Below the pieces are notes generated by a model. It made no database searches. It saw only the letters and a program-made list of their open reading frames with translations, and was not told the origin of the DNA. A DNA stretch of 64,000 nucleotides from Alphaproteobacteria bacterium. GTDB lineage: Bacteria > Pseudomonadota > Alphaproteobacteria > SP197. Positions 19,794-30,777 of this stretch are shown piece by piece. Where the stretch lies: NCBI GenBank assembly GCA_965228895.1, contig OZ245842.1, positions 4,000,001-4,064,000 of the forward strand, in the 5' to 3' direction. A program made the translations under genes and the position numbers. Each line of letters starts with the position of its first letter. Positions within the stretch are counted from its first letter, which is position 1.

Positions 19794-20371
19794 GATCGAT
19801 CGAACGCCGTTGCGCCCTCCTCGGTGATAATCCAATCCAGCGGCTGGTCGAAGTGATTGCGTGGTACCGCATCGACCTGCTGCGCCGCATAGGCGACGCC
19901 GACCGCCAGCGTCGATGGGTTGGACGTTTTCAGCAACGATAACGTTCTGTCATAGAAGCCGCCGCCATAACCCAGACGATAACCGGCGGCGTCAAACGCC
20001 AGCATAGGCACCAGCAACAGGGTAGGCACGACGACCGGCGCATCATCCGGCGGCACCGGAATGTTGAGCGCGCCGTCGACCAGCGCGTCACCTGGCGCCC
20101 AGGCGCGGAACACCAGGGGCTCACCCTTGCCCGACACGAACGGCAGACCGGTCGCACAGCCATGACGGTTGGCGGCAGCGAGAAACGGCACCACGTCAAA
20201 TTCGTCGTCGACCGGCAGGTAGCCCGAGACGACGGCGCCGTTCGCGAAACCTAGGGAGTCAAGGAAATGTCTGAGCGCGCGCTCCGGCGCGCCGGGTTGG
20301 TGGCTGTGGGCCTCGGCGCGTCGTGCGCGCGCTTCGGCGCGCATGAGCTTTTTTTGCTTCTTGACGTCCAT
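19790..20371 (-). CDS. ygfA: 5-formyltetrahydrofolate cyclo-ligase
   Basis: VPMLAFD...RLGYGGGFYDRTL; HFDQPLDWIITE; directly downstream of 6S RNA. Confidence 0.95.
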   Translation of the reverse strand: MDVKKQKKLMRAEARARRAEAHSHQPGAPERALRHFLDSLGFANGAVVSGYLPVDDEFDVVPFLAAANRHGCATGLPFVSGKGEPLVFRAWAPGDALVDGALNIPVPPDDAPVVVPTLLLVPMLAFDAAGYRLGYGGGFYDRTLSLLKTSNPSTLAVGVAYAAQQVDAVPRNHFDQPLDWIITEEGATAFDRS

Positions 20372-20388
20372 AGCCCCCGGATCGGTCT

Positions 20389-20555
20389 GGACGGGGCCGC
20401 CTCGGCCGGCAACCGCAATCTACCTTCCACTGTGGCCTGCATCAGCAGGTGGGCGCCGCGTAACGAGGGCAAGACCCCCGACAGAGACAGCTCCCAGTGA
20501 AAGCGCATTGGCCCCAGGGAACGGATACGGCCATCGCACCGCGCAGCGCCCGTCC
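20389..20555 (-). ncRNA. ssrS: 6S RNA
   Basis: Canonical zapA-6S-ygfA position; closing stem GGACGGGCGCUGC/GCGGCCCCGUCC; alphaproteobacterial core strings CCCUGGGGCC, GGGAGCUGUC, GGCGCCCACCU; ends approximate. Confidence 0.88.
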
Positions 20556-20567
20556 AAGCTATGTTAG

Positions 20568-20879
20568 TTAGTGGCTCTCCAGGTGGCCCGCAAGCGCCTC
20601 GATGCGTCCGGCCAGATTTTCGATGGCCGCCGCACGGGTCTCCGAGACCTGATCGACAACCGGCTGGCCGGCGGTTTCGCGCGATTCCCACAGTTCGTCG
20701 GAGATCACCAGCGCGGCTAGAACCAAGAGACGCTGGTCGCCCAGATTGCCAAGCGAGCCCTTCAGGCCGGCTATTTTGCTGTCGACATAGGCGGCGAGTT
20801 GCTCGATGCGCTGCTCCTCGCCATCGCCGCAGGAGACGGAGTACGCACGCCCGTTGATGATGACCGAGATCTGAGCCAT
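20568..20879 (-). CDS. zapA: Cell division protein ZapA
   Basis: MAQISVIINGRAYSVSCGDGEEQRIEQLA...RLLVLAALVISDEL. Confidence 0.93.
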   Translation of the reverse strand: MAQISVIINGRAYSVSCGDGEEQRIEQLAAYVDSKIAGLKGSLGNLGDQRLLVLAALVISDELWESRETAGQPVVDQVSETRAAAIENLAGRIEALAGHLESH

Positions 20880-20880
20880 G

Positions 20881-21129
20881 TCAGGCGCCGAGCACCGTGC
20901 GCAGGTCGTTGATTGCGCCGTCGATCTGCTTGCCGGCATCACGGACGCGGCCTTCCAGATCCGCGCGCGCGGCCTTGGCTTCGCTCAGCGCGGCGCGGAG
21001 CTGCTCGTTTTCCTGTTCGATCTGCCCAAGCTTGGCGTCGCCACCTTGTTGCGCACGCTCGGTGAGCGCAGCCTCAAGATGGGTGATCGCACGTTCAAGC
21101 TTTCTAAGGGCGGTGTCCTCAACCGTCAT
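20881..21129 (-). CDS. Small coiled-coil protein upstream of zapA (DUF4164/ZapB-like)
   Basis: Heptad pattern, conserved position, ends IDGAINDLRTVLGA. Confidence 0.75.
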   Translation of the reverse strand: MTVEDTALRKLERAITHLEAALTERAQQGGDAKLGQIEQENEQLRAALSEAKAARADLEGRVRDAGKQIDGAINDLRTVLGA

Positions 21130-21242
21130 TTGCGGCACTTTTCAACACGTTGCCTTGGCTTTCTACCATAGCGCCTTATCGCGTGCCGATAAAGTGCCTG
21201 ATCTCGGCCTCCTGCGGCGGCCGAAATCGGATTGTTTTGGCC

Positions 21243-21325
21243 GGCACCACCAGCCCGCTCCCCCGCCCGGCCACCCATGGCAGCATCCTCGGGGTGGCCG
21301 GGCGGGGGAGCGGGCTGGCCACGGT
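21243..21325. repeat. Palindromic REP/MITE-like element, copy 1
   Basis: Perfect 27-bp inverted repeat 21250-21276/21292-21318 around a 15-nt loop ATGGCAGCATCCTCG; related copy at 32011-32126. Confidence 0.85.
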
Positions 21326-21369
21326 GGCCCGCGCGGTCCAGACACCATGCAAAACGCGGGATAAGTCAG

Positions 21370-21398
21370 TTGACGCTCTGGGCCTGTGACGCCATGTT
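21370..21398 (+). promoter_or_regulatory. Candidate sigma70 promoter for tkt
   Basis: TTGACG-17nt-CATGTT. Confidence 0.35.
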
Positions 21399-21456
21399 GC
21401 GCCCGACTTCGACCGGCGCCCAATGCGGCGGTTTTTTCTTTCGGGACATCCATACA

Positions 21457-23448
21457 ATGACGCGCGATTCCACAAGCCAGGTTTCGGAACGCGACATGGC
21501 CAACGCGATCCGGGCGCTGGCCATGGACGCCGTGCAGAAGGCCAACAGCGGCCATCCGGGCATGCCCATGGGCATGGCCGATGTCGCCACCGTGCTGTTC
21601 ACCCGGTTCCTGAAGTTCGACGCCAGCGCACCCGACTGGCCGGACCGCGACCGCTTCGTTCTGTCGGCCGGCCACGGCTCGATGCTGCTTTACGCCCTCC
21701 TGCATCTGACCGGTTATCAAGACATGACCATGGACGAGCTGCGCAACTTCCGCCAGCTCGGCAGCCGCACGGCGGGCCATCCGGAGTTCGGCCACGCCGC
21801 CGGCATCGAGACGACCACCGGCCCCTTGGGTCAGGGTTTCGCCAACGCGGTCGGCATGGCGCTCGCCGAGCGCATCATGGCCGCCGAGTTCCCCGATCTC
21901 GTCGATCACCACACCTATGCCATCGCCGGCGACGGCTGCCTGATGGAAGGCGTCAGCCACGAGGCCGCCTCCATGGCCGGCCATCTGGGGCTGGGCAAAC
22001 TGATCGTCCTGTTCGACGACAACGAGATCTCGATCGACGGTCCGACCTCGCTTGCCGAGTCCGACGATACGCTGCAGCGCTTCGATGCCTATGGCTGGGA
22101 CACCATGGCGGTCGACGGTCACGATAACGACGCGGTCGCCGCGGCTATCGAGGCCGCGCAGAAGACCGAACAACCGAGCCTGATCGCCTGCCGTTCGATC
22201 ATCGGTTATGGCGCGCCCAACAAACAGGGCACCGCAGCGACCCATGGCGCGGCGCTTGGCGAGGACGAGGTGGCCGCCACCCGCGACGAACTCGGCTGGC
22301 CACACGAACCTTTCGACATTCCCAACGCTATCGTACAGGCGTGGCGCAAAGCCGGTTCCCGTGGCGCCGAAGCGCGGACGGCGTGGCTGAAGACCCATGA
22401 CGTCACCGGCGCGTCGCTACGCCACGAGTTCGACCGTCGCATCGCCGGCGACCTGCCCGGCGACATCGCCAAGGCCGTCGCGACCTACAAGCAGTCGCTG
22501 ATCGCCGAGCCGCAGAAGGTCGCGACCCGCAAGGCGAGTGAAATGGCGCTGAACGTCCTGATCCCCGCCGCGCCGGAGATGATCGGTGGTTCGGCCGACC
22601 TGACGGGATCCAACAACACGCGCACCGGCAACATGAAGGATATCGCGCCCGGCGACTTCGGCGGCCGCTATATCCGTTACGGTGTGCGCGAGCACGCGAT
22701 GGCCGCCGCCATGTCGGGCATGGCGCTGCATCGCGGCATCATTCCTTACGGCGGCACCTTCCTGGTGTTCACGGATTACTGCCGTCCGTCGATCCGGCTC
22801 GCCGCCCTGATGGAACAGCGGGTCATCTACGTCATGACCCACGACTCGATCGGCCTGGGCGAAGACGGCCCGACCCACCAGCCGGTCGAGCACCTGGCCT
22901 CGCTACGCGCGATGCCCAATCTCAACGTGTTCCGCCCGGCCGATGTGATCGAAACGCTCGAGTGCTGGCAGGTCGCGCTCCAGGCAGCCAAGACACCGTC
23001 GGTTCTGGCACTGACCCGCCAGGGTGTGCCCCAACTGAGACTTGATCCCCGCGACGACAATCCGTGCGCACGCGGCGGTTATGTGCTGCGGCCGGAAAGT
23101 TCGACCCACAAGGCAACCATTGTCGCGACCGGTTCGGAAGTCTCGCTGGCCTGTGACGCCCGCGACAGTCTGGAGGCCAAGGGCATCGGAACCCGTGTCG
23201 TCTCTATGCCTTGCTGGGAGCTGTTCGCCAATCAGGACGCCGCCTACCGCGACGGCGTCATGGGCAACGGTGTCGCCAAGGTTGGCGTCGAAGCCGCTTC
23301 GGGTTTCGGCTGGCAGGAGATCCTGGGCGGTGACGGCGGTTTTGTCGGCATGACCGGCTTCGGCGCTTCCGCGCCGGCCGGCGATCTTTACAAACATTTC
23401 GGTATCACCGCCGAGGCGGTGGTCGCGGCGGTTAAACAGCGTATTTAG
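21457..23448 (+). CDS. tkt: Transketolase
   Basis: [44 protein letters not shown]. Confidence 0.98.
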   Translation: MTRDSTSQVSERDMANAIRALAMDAVQKANSGHPGMPMGMADVATVLFTRFLKFDASAPDWPDRDRFVLSAGHGSMLLYALLHLTGYQDMTMDELRNFRQLGSRTAGHPEFGHAAGIETTTGPLGQGFANAVGMALAERIMAAEFPDLVDHHTYAIAGDGCLMEGVSHEAASMAGHLGLGKLIVLFDDNEISIDGPTSLAESDDTLQRFDAYGWDTMAVDGHDNDAVAAAIEAAQKTEQPSLIACRSIIGYGAPNKQGTAATHGAALGEDEVAATRDELGWPHEPFDIPNAIVQAWRKAGSRGAEARTAWLKTHDVTGASLRHEFDRRIAGDLPGDIAKAVATYKQSLIAEPQKVATRKASEMALNVLIPAAPEMIGGSADLTGSNNTRTGNMKDIAPGDFGGRYIRYGVREHAMAAAMSGMALHRGIIPYGGTFLVFTDYCRPSIRLAALMEQRVIYVMTHDSIGLGEDGPTHQPVEHLASLRAMPNLNVFRPADVIETLECWQVALQAAKTPSVLALTRQGVPQLRLDPRDDNPCARGGYVLRPESSTHKATIVATGSEVSLACDARDSLEAKGIGTRVVSMPCWELFANQDAAYRDGVMGNGVAKVGVEAASGFGWQEILGGDGGFVGMTGFGASAPAGDLYKHFGITAEAVVAAVKQRI

Positions 23449-23458
23449 GGTCGGATCG

Positions 23459-24562
23459 CTAGTCGTCTGCCAGACAATCGACCAGGCCGTCGGCAAGACC
23501 GGTCATGAGCTTGCCGTAGAGCGCCTGGCCCGGTTCCAGATCGGCGCCAAGCGGATCCAACACACCGACCCGGACATCCGTCCCTTCGATGATCGTGTCG
23601 ATGATACGTGGCGAGAACTGCGGTTCACGGAACACGCAGACAATGTCCTCGTCGGCCAGGCGATCCCGGATTGCCGCGATGCGCGCGGCGCCCGGCTGGC
23701 GTTCGGGCGACAACACCACTGAGCCGACCGCGTCGGAGCCGAAGTGCTCACCGAAATACTGATAGGCATCGTGGAAGACGAGGTAGGGCCTGTCGCTGAC
23801 CGGCTCGAGCTTGGCGGCAATCTCAGCAGACATCGCGTCGATCTCGCCCGCTAACCGGTCGCCATTGGCCTGATAGGCCACGGCGTTATCCGGATCGATC
23901 TCGACCAATTCGGCCACCACCACCGCGACGATCGCCTTCGCGTTGTCGGGATTAAGCCAGATATGCGCGTCGGCGCCGTCGTGGGCATGATCATCATGGC
24001 CGTGGTCGTCATGGCCAAGGTCGTCCGCTTCGGCATGCGCGTCATGATGCGCGTCAGCGTGATCGTGTTCGTCTTCGTGACCATCGTCGTGCGCAGCGTG
24101 GTCTTCGTGATGTTCATTGTCATGATCGGCATGGTCGTCGTGGCCATGATCGTCATGATCGGCATGGTCCGCCTCATCGTCGTGGGCGTGCTGCTCCCAA
24201 CTCCCGCCTTCGCGGAACGCCAGCACCGCGACACCCGGTGCCTCAGCCAGCTCCAGGACATGGGCGTTGGTTGCCAGGGTCGGGATCGCGTCGGCCAGGA
24301 AGGTCTCCATGTTCTCGCCGACCCAAACCACAAGATCGGCCTGCTGCAGCGCCTCGGCCTCCGAGGGCTTGAGCGCGTAGGCGTGCGGCGATCCGGCGCC
24401 CCGAACGATTAACTCGGGCTCGCCAACACCGTCCATCACACCGACGACGAGCGAATGGATGGGTTGGATAGAGACCACCACGTTGGGCGTGTCCGCCGCC
24501 CTGACGGCAGTGGCCGGAAGAAGACAAAGTGCGGCAACACTGCTCAGCAGAAAGTTTCTCAT
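23459..24562 (-). CDS. znuA: Zinc ABC transporter substrate-binding protein ZnuA with long His/Asp-rich loop
   Basis: Signal peptide; SPHAYALKPS, DAHIWL, FHDAYQYF, LDPLG ligand motifs; 23 His in a 70-aa loop; upstream Zur-like box. Confidence 0.93.
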   Translation of the reverse strand: MRNFLLSSVAALCLLPATAVRAADTPNVVVSIQPIHSLVVGVMDGVGEPELIVRGAGSPHAYALKPSEAEALQQADLVVWVGENMETFLADAIPTLATNAHVLELAEAPGVAVLAFREGGSWEQHAHDDEADHADHDDHGHDDHADHDNEHHEDHAAHDDGHEDEHDHADAHHDAHAEADDLGHDDHGHDDHAHDGADAHIWLNPDNAKAIVAVVVAELVEIDPDNAVAYQANGDRLAGEIDAMSAEIAAKLEPVSDRPYLVFHDAYQYFGEHFGSDAVGSVVLSPERQPGAARIAAIRDRLADEDIVCVFREPQFSPRIIDTIIEGTDVRVGVLDPLGADLEPGQALYGKLMTGLADGLVDCLADD

Positions 24563-24601
24563 GGTTGTTCGCTAGCTCCCTCGAAACACAGCATCCATGG
24601 C

Positions 24602-24618
24602 ATGTTATGATATAACAT
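24602..24618. promoter_or_regulatory. Zur box
   Basis: ATGTTAT-GAT-ATAACAT perfect 7-3-7 palindrome about 40 bp upstream of znuA; matches the proteobacterial Zur core TGTTATNNNATAACA. Confidence 0.85.
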
Positions 24619-24674
24619 ACAATACCCTTTCGGATCGCGCTGGCGATGCCGGGATCGAGCGAGCGCCATTGTCG

Positions 24675-24703
24675 TTGACCTCGCTAACCGCGCTGGCTAG
24701 GAA
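24675..24703 (+). promoter_or_regulatory. Candidate sigma70 promoter for gap-pgk
   Basis: TTGACC-17nt-TAGGAA. Confidence 0.4.
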
Positions 24704-24759
24704 GGCGCCACCATTTCGCGTCGCCGACCGCAACGCATTACCGCCATCGGGAGATCAGC

Positions 24760-25767
<1,008 letters not shown>

Positions 25768-25783
25768 CCCGTACGCCGCGATC

Positions 25784-26980
25784 ATGACCGCGTACCGCAC
25801 CCTCGACGATCTGGACGTCGCCGGGCAACGCGTTCTCGTGCGCCTCGACCTCAACGTGCCGATGGCCGACGGCCGGGTCACCGACGCGACGCGCATCGAG
25901 CGCGCCGTTCCGACCATCCGCAATCTCGCCGACCGCGGCGCCCGCGTCGTCCTGCTCAGCCACTTCGGCCGGCCCAAGGGCAAGGTCGTCGCGGACATGT
26001 CGCTCGGTCCCCTGACGGAACCGCTTGGTGACGCGCTCGGCAAACCTGTGGGCTTCGCGAACGACTGTATCGGTGACAAAGCGGGCACCGCCGTCGCCGG
26101 CCTCGAAGACGGCGACGTCCTGCTGCTCGAAAACCTGCGCTTCCACGGCGGCGAAGAAGCCAACGACCCGGCCTTCGCCGATGCGCTCGCCGCGCTCGGC
26201 GACCTCTACGTCAACGACGCGTTCTCCGCCGCCCATCGCGCCCATGCCTCCGTCGTCGGCCTTGCCGAACGGCTTCCGGCGGCGGCCGGCCGTTTGATGC
26301 AGGAGGAGCTTGAGGCGCTCGGCAAGGCGCTCGGAAAGCCTGAGCACCCGGTGGCCGCCGTCGTCGGCGGCGCCAAAGTCTCGACCAAGCTCGACCTGCT
26401 CGCCAACCTGGTCGGCCGGGTCGATCTGCTCGCCATCGGCGGCGGCATGGCGAACACGTTCCTTTATGCGCAAGGCGTCGAGGTCGGCGCGTCGTTGTGC
26501 GAGCACGACATGGCCGACACCGCCCGCGACGTCCTGGCGCGCGCCAAAAACACCGGCTGCGAGATCGTCCTGCCCAACGATGCGGTGACGGCAACAGAGT
26601 TCAAAACCGGCGCGCCGTCGACCGTCGTCGATGTCGCCGATGTGCCCGCCGATGCCATGATCCTGGATGTCGGCCCGAAGAGCGCCGAGGTCCTGGCGTG
26701 CCGTCTCGCAAACTGCCGCACCCTCGTTTGGAACGGTCCCATGGGCGCCTTCGAACTGGAAGGCTTCGACCACGGCACCAACCGCGTCGCCCAGGCTGCC
26801 GCTGAGCTAACCCGGGCCGGCACGCTGCTTTCCGTCGCGGGTGGAGGCGATACGGTCGCTGCCTTGGCCCATGCCGGCGTGCTCAAAGATTTCAGTTACG
26901 TCTCGACCGCCGGCGGGGCGTTCCTGGAATGGCTTGAGGGCAAGGAACTGCCGGGTGTGGCTGCGCTAGCTCGGTCGTAG
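25784..26980 (+). CDS. pgk: Phosphoglycerate kinase
   Basis: [41 protein letters not shown]. Confidence 0.98.
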   Translation: MTAYRTLDDLDVAGQRVLVRLDLNVPMADGRVTDATRIERAVPTIRNLADRGARVVLLSHFGRPKGKVVADMSLGPLTEPLGDALGKPVGFANDCIGDKAGTAVAGLEDGDVLLLENLRFHGGEEANDPAFADALAALGDLYVNDAFSAAHRAHASVVGLAERLPAAAGRLMQEELEALGKALGKPEHPVAAVVGGAKVSTKLDLLANLVGRVDLLAIGGGMANTFLYAQGVEVGASLCEHDMADTARDVLARAKNTGCEIVLPNDAVTATEFKTGAPSTVVDVADVPADAMILDVGPKSAEVLACRLANCRTLVWNGPMGAFELEGFDHGTNRVAQAAAELTRAGTLLSVAGGGDTVAALAHAGVLKDFSYVSTAGGAFLEWLEGKELPGVAALARS

Positions 26981-27038
26981 CGGGCTAACGCACACCGTTC
27001 CTGAAGACATCGATAGTCATGCCGTGCGGCGGCGCGAT

Positions 27039-28229
27039 CTAGGCTGCGGTTTCGTCGCTCCCGCCAGCCGCTCTTCGGCGTCTCATGTACGCCACAATGG
27101 GAAACGGCAGGTAGATCAGAAGCAGCGCGACGACCGCGATCGGCAGGCCGTGTGGCGGCAGGAGATCCATGACGCCGCCGGCGACCGGCGGGCCGACGAT
27201 ACTGCCGATGCCCCACATCGAGCTGAAGACGGCAGTCGACGCCGCAAGATCGGCGCCGCGAAACTGTTCACCCAGCAGCACCAGGCCAAGCGTGTAAAAG
27301 CTGCCGAGTACCCCGCCGACAACGAACATAAAAAGCCAGTTCCATGGCACCGATGCCGCCAGAAGCGGCAACGCGGCAAAGACGACGGCCACAAGAAATA
27401 CACTCGCCGCCAACAGCAGGCGGCGGTCCATGTAGTCGGCCAGCCAGCCTATCGGGACCTGACAGGCAATACCGCCCACACCCATGGCCACAATCATGTA
27501 AAGCGCGAGGTCTTCCATCAGTCCCTGGTCGATGGCGTAGAGCGGCAGAAAGGTAATGAGCACACTGTCGACGGCGGCAGCGGTGAAGTTGGCCAGCATT
27601 GCCGCTGGCGCCAGCAGCAGGAACATCAACAGGCGTGCGGACGTCTTGCCGTGCATGGTCGGCGCGACCGATTGCGCAAAAAGAAGAGGTATCGCCGAGA
27701 TCGCAATCATCGCAGCGGCCAGAAGGAACGGCAGCCATCCCTCACTTCCGGTTTGCGCCAGGACGAGCGGACCAAGCGCGAAGCCGCCGGCAAGCGCGGC
27801 GCTGTAGAGACCGACAATGCGGCCGCGCGAGCGTTCCTCGGCGATTTCGTTGACCCAGACCTCACCGGCGATCCACAGAAAGGCGTTGGCCGAACCCAAC
27901 AGGAAGCGGATGAGGAACCAGGCGTAGACGTTCGGGAAGACGGGCAGCAGCAGAAACAGCGTCAGGCTCAAGCCGACGGAGATCAGCATCAGGCGGGCCG
28001 GGCCGAGCGTGCCGATGACCCGCGATGCGATCGGCGCAACGGCGAAGACCGCGAGGCCTTGCACCGCCGTGTTCAATCCGATCATCGTATCGTCGACGCC
28101 TTGCCGTTCGAGGATCAGGGCGAGCAGCGGATAACTGAAGCCATAAATCAGACTCGTCACGGCCATCGACGAGACGACCGCAACAAGACTGAGCCGCCGT
28201 TTGCCGGCGCTTGCAATGGCGGTGTTCAT
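27039..28229 (-). CDS. MFS transporter (YcaD-like)
   Basis: About 12 TM helices; RGRIVGLY; PIGWLADYMDRR. Confidence 0.9.
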   Translation of the reverse strand: MNTAIASAGKRRLSLVAVVSSMAVTSLIYGFSYPLLALILERQGVDDTMIGLNTAVQGLAVFAVAPIASRVIGTLGPARLMLISVGLSLTLFLLLPVFPNVYAWFLIRFLLGSANAFLWIAGEVWVNEIAEERSRGRIVGLYSAALAGGFALGPLVLAQTGSEGWLPFLLAAAMIAISAIPLLFAQSVAPTMHGKTSARLLMFLLLAPAAMLANFTAAAVDSVLITFLPLYAIDQGLMEDLALYMIVAMGVGGIACQVPIGWLADYMDRRLLLAASVFLVAVVFAALPLLAASVPWNWLFMFVVGGVLGSFYTLGLVLLGEQFRGADLAASTAVFSSMWGIGSIVGPPVAGGVMDLLPPHGLPIAVVALLLIYLPFPIVAYMRRRRAAGGSDETAA

Positions 28230-28292
28230 CGGCCGTCCAACGCCGCCATGTATCCGCGAGGCATCACCAACCTCTTCGGTTCCTCGGGCGTA

Positions 28293-29303
28293 CTAGTCGT
28301 AGGGGTCCCAGGCCGGCGCGCCGGTCGTGAGCGCTTCCTTCACTGCGGCGAGGAACCGGTCGGGGTCGATCGTGCTCTCGGCGCCGTTGGTCGTGTGCAG
28401 CGCCGGTGCAATTTGTTCGACACCGTCGAACTGCCAGGTCGCCCCGCCGGTCTCCAACGCGGTGAGTTTCTCCGCCAGCGGCTTGAGGTCGCGGCGTTCC
28501 GGTGGCGGATCGTTGACCATCTGCACCCAGCTTTCGTAGCGATAGCCTAACCGCAGCCGCTGGCCGCACACCGTCGCCACCCGGTTGCAGTGCGTCCGGT
28601 TGTGAACGGCCATCGGGTGGCACAGCACCTGGCGGTCTTGGGTGAATTGGTGAGCCGGCCGCTCCTTCCAGTTTGACGGGATGCGCACGACCACGAGGTC
28701 GGCGTCGTTGTCCTCCTCCAAGACAATCTCACCGCGGTCGATGGCGTCTTCGCTGTCGTCCAGCAGCGCGTCTTCGTCCTTCCAGAGATCGCGAAACGCG
28801 TCGGTATCGGCCGCGATGTCGGCGATCATCGGAATAAGGCGCGTATACATCTCCGCGCAGTAGGCCATGTAGTCGTCCGGAAATGCCGCCGGTGGCAGGG
28901 TCGACGTTTCCTTGTGAGCCAACGCCGAAAGCGTGAAGGCGATGCGCGCCGCCTGACGCGTGCGGTAGGTCGAGAAATCGCCGGCATGGGACGCATCGCA
29001 CAAGAGTTTGCGGTGACTGAGCGCCGTCTCGGGATCAATCATCACGAACAACGCGATCAGCCCGTCCTCGTCGAAGTGGTCGTTGGTCACCACCTCGACT
29101 GGTTTGTGGAACGACGCGTCGTCGAGATAGCGAAAAACGATCTCGACCGAGGTGTCTGCCTTCAACGCTTTTGGCGTTCCACTCTTGGGCCAATGCGACA
29201 GCGACAACACGGTGTGATCGTTGGCGCCGCCGTCGACCACGATGTTTTCGGCTTGGGCGGCTTCGGCATAGGGCACATAACGATGGCGGACGGGCAGTGT
29301 CAT
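28293..29303 (-). CDS. Uncharacterised DUF6687-like protein
   Basis: VVDG...LSLSHWP...ADTS...NDHFDEDG; GYRYESWVQ; AAGGAGG RBS before MTLPVRH. Confidence 0.6.
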   Translation of the reverse strand: MTLPVRHRYVPYAEAAQAENIVVDGGANDHTVLSLSHWPKSGTPKALKADTSVEIVFRYLDDASFHKPVEVVTNDHFDEDGLIALFVMIDPETALSHRKLLCDASHAGDFSTYRTRQAARIAFTLSALAHKETSTLPPAAFPDDYMAYCAEMYTRLIPMIADIAADTDAFRDLWKDEDALLDDSEDAIDRGEIVLEEDNDADLVVVRIPSNWKERPAHQFTQDRQVLCHPMAVHNRTHCNRVATVCGQRLRLGYRYESWVQMVNDPPPERRDLKPLAEKLTALETGGATWQFDGVEQIAPALHTTNGAESTIDPDRFLAAVKEALTTGAPAWDPYD

Positions 29304-29371
29304 GACAGGTCCCTCCTTGAGCGTCATGATGGCAAAACCCTCATTTTTGTAAAGGATTTTGTTTCGTTATT

Positions 29372-29767
29372 ATGGGTGATACTCCCCGACCTGCTGTCAT
29401 CGTGCATACGGCAGAGCACGTACGCCTTGTCCTCGACATCGCGGGCACCGCTCAGCCGGTCGTGCTGACACCGCCTGGTGCCCAAGCCTACGCGGGTGTT
29501 GCCTATTTGTGGGCGATGACGGCGCCGGCGCGCGCGGCAGGTCTTGAGGTCCGCATCGACTGTGGCGGCGATGCGGGTTTTGCCATGGCGGCCATCCGCA
29601 CGGGATGGCGGCACCTTCACATGTCCGGCGTTGACGCCATGCTCGCCAAGATCGAGGACATGGTGGGTCAGGTCGGCGGCACGCTCTACCGATCGCTTCC
29701 GCCCGCCATCGATCTTGCCCAAGCCGATCGCCCCGAAGCCGCGTTGAAAGACTGGTTTGGCGTCTGA
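29372..29767 (+). CDS. Hypothetical protein upstream of class I aldolase
   Basis: 131 aa, co-oriented with fbaB; AVIVHTAEH, IDCGGDAGFAMAAIR. Confidence 0.65.
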   Translation: MGDTPRPAVIVHTAEHVRLVLDIAGTAQPVVLTPPGAQAYAGVAYLWAMTAPARAAGLEVRIDCGGDAGFAMAAIRTGWRHLHMSGVDAMLAKIEDMVGQVGGTLYRSLPPAIDLAQADRPEAALKDWFGV

Positions 29768-29842
29768 GTTCCGTTGCAAAGCCGGGTGCCGTGGGCTATC
29801 CAGCAGCGAGCACCAAAACGGTGAAAATCGGGGACGGAAACC

Positions 29843-30763
29843 ATGAAAATTACGCGTCGCGTCAAGCAGATCCTTTCCTATTACGAGGGCGAAACGCCGG
29901 GCGTGAAAGCGAACCTGGCGCGTATCCTGATGCATGGCCGTCTGGGCGGTTCGGGTCACGTAGTGATCCTGCCCGTCGACCAAGGCTGGGAACACGGACC
30001 GGCGCGCAGCTTCGCCAAAAATCCGCCGGCCTATGACCCGCACTATCATTACCAGCTCGCCATCGATGCCGGCCTGAACGCGTACGCCGCGCCGCTGGGA
30101 TTCCTGGAAGCCGGCGCCGATACGTTTGCCGGCGCCATCCCGACCATCCTGAAAGCCAACAACTCCAACAGCCTGGCGACGACGAAGGACCAGGCGGTCA
30201 CCGCCTCGGTCGAAGACGCGCTACGGCTGGGCTGTTCGGCCATCGGCTTCACCATGTATCCGGGATCCGACCAGCAGTTCGAGATGGTCGAGGAGATCCG
30301 CGAAATGTCGCTGGAGGCGAAGTCCTACGGCATCGCCACCGTCGTATGGTCCTACCCGCGCGGCGGCAACCTCTCCAAGCAAGGCGAGACGGCGATCGAC
30401 ATCACCGCCTACGCCGCCCAGCTTGCCGCCCAAATCGGCGCCAACATCATCAAGGTGAAACCGCCGACAGATCACATCGAGCAGGACGAAGCCCGCAAGG
30501 TCTACGAGTCGGAGAAAATCGATATCTTGACGCTTCACGCGCGCATTGCCCACGTCATGCAGTCGGCCTTCAACGGCCGCCGGCTTGTCGTCTTTTCGGG
30601 CGGCGCGGCCAAGGATCTGGACGGCGTCTTCTCCGAGATATCGGAGATCCATAAGGGCGGTGGCACCGGGTCGATCATCGGTCGCAACACGTTCCAGCGT
30701 CCGCGCGAAGACGCACTCGCCATGCTCGACCGCATCATCAAGATCTACCAGGGCAAGGGCTGA
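29843..30763 (+). CDS. fbaB: Class I fructose-bisphosphate aldolase (DhnA type)
   Basis: ILPVDQG, WSYPRG, IIKVK Schiff-base Lys, FSGG, GSIIGRNTFQR. Confidence 0.95.
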   Translation: MKITRRVKQILSYYEGETPGVKANLARILMHGRLGGSGHVVILPVDQGWEHGPARSFAKNPPAYDPHYHYQLAIDAGLNAYAAPLGFLEAGADTFAGAIPTILKANNSNSLATTKDQAVTASVEDALRLGCSAIGFTMYPGSDQQFEMVEEIREMSLEAKSYGIATVVWSYPRGGNLSKQGETAIDITAYAAQLAAQIGANIIKVKPPTDHIEQDEARKVYESEKIDILTLHARIAHVMQSAFNGRRLVVFSGGAAKDLDGVFSEISEIHKGGGTGSIIGRNTFQRPREDALAMLDRIIKIYQGKG

Positions 30764-30777
30764 TCTGACCGAAGGCC

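Noticed and set aside
21412-21441. Attenuator in the tkt leader (GC-rich stretch followed by a T run)
   Set aside because: Stem pairing is poor; not supportable without folding or Term-seq data
23963-24412. Hydrophobic Met/Val/Ile-rich ORF on the + strand
   Set aside because: Antisense image of the znuA His/Asp codon run
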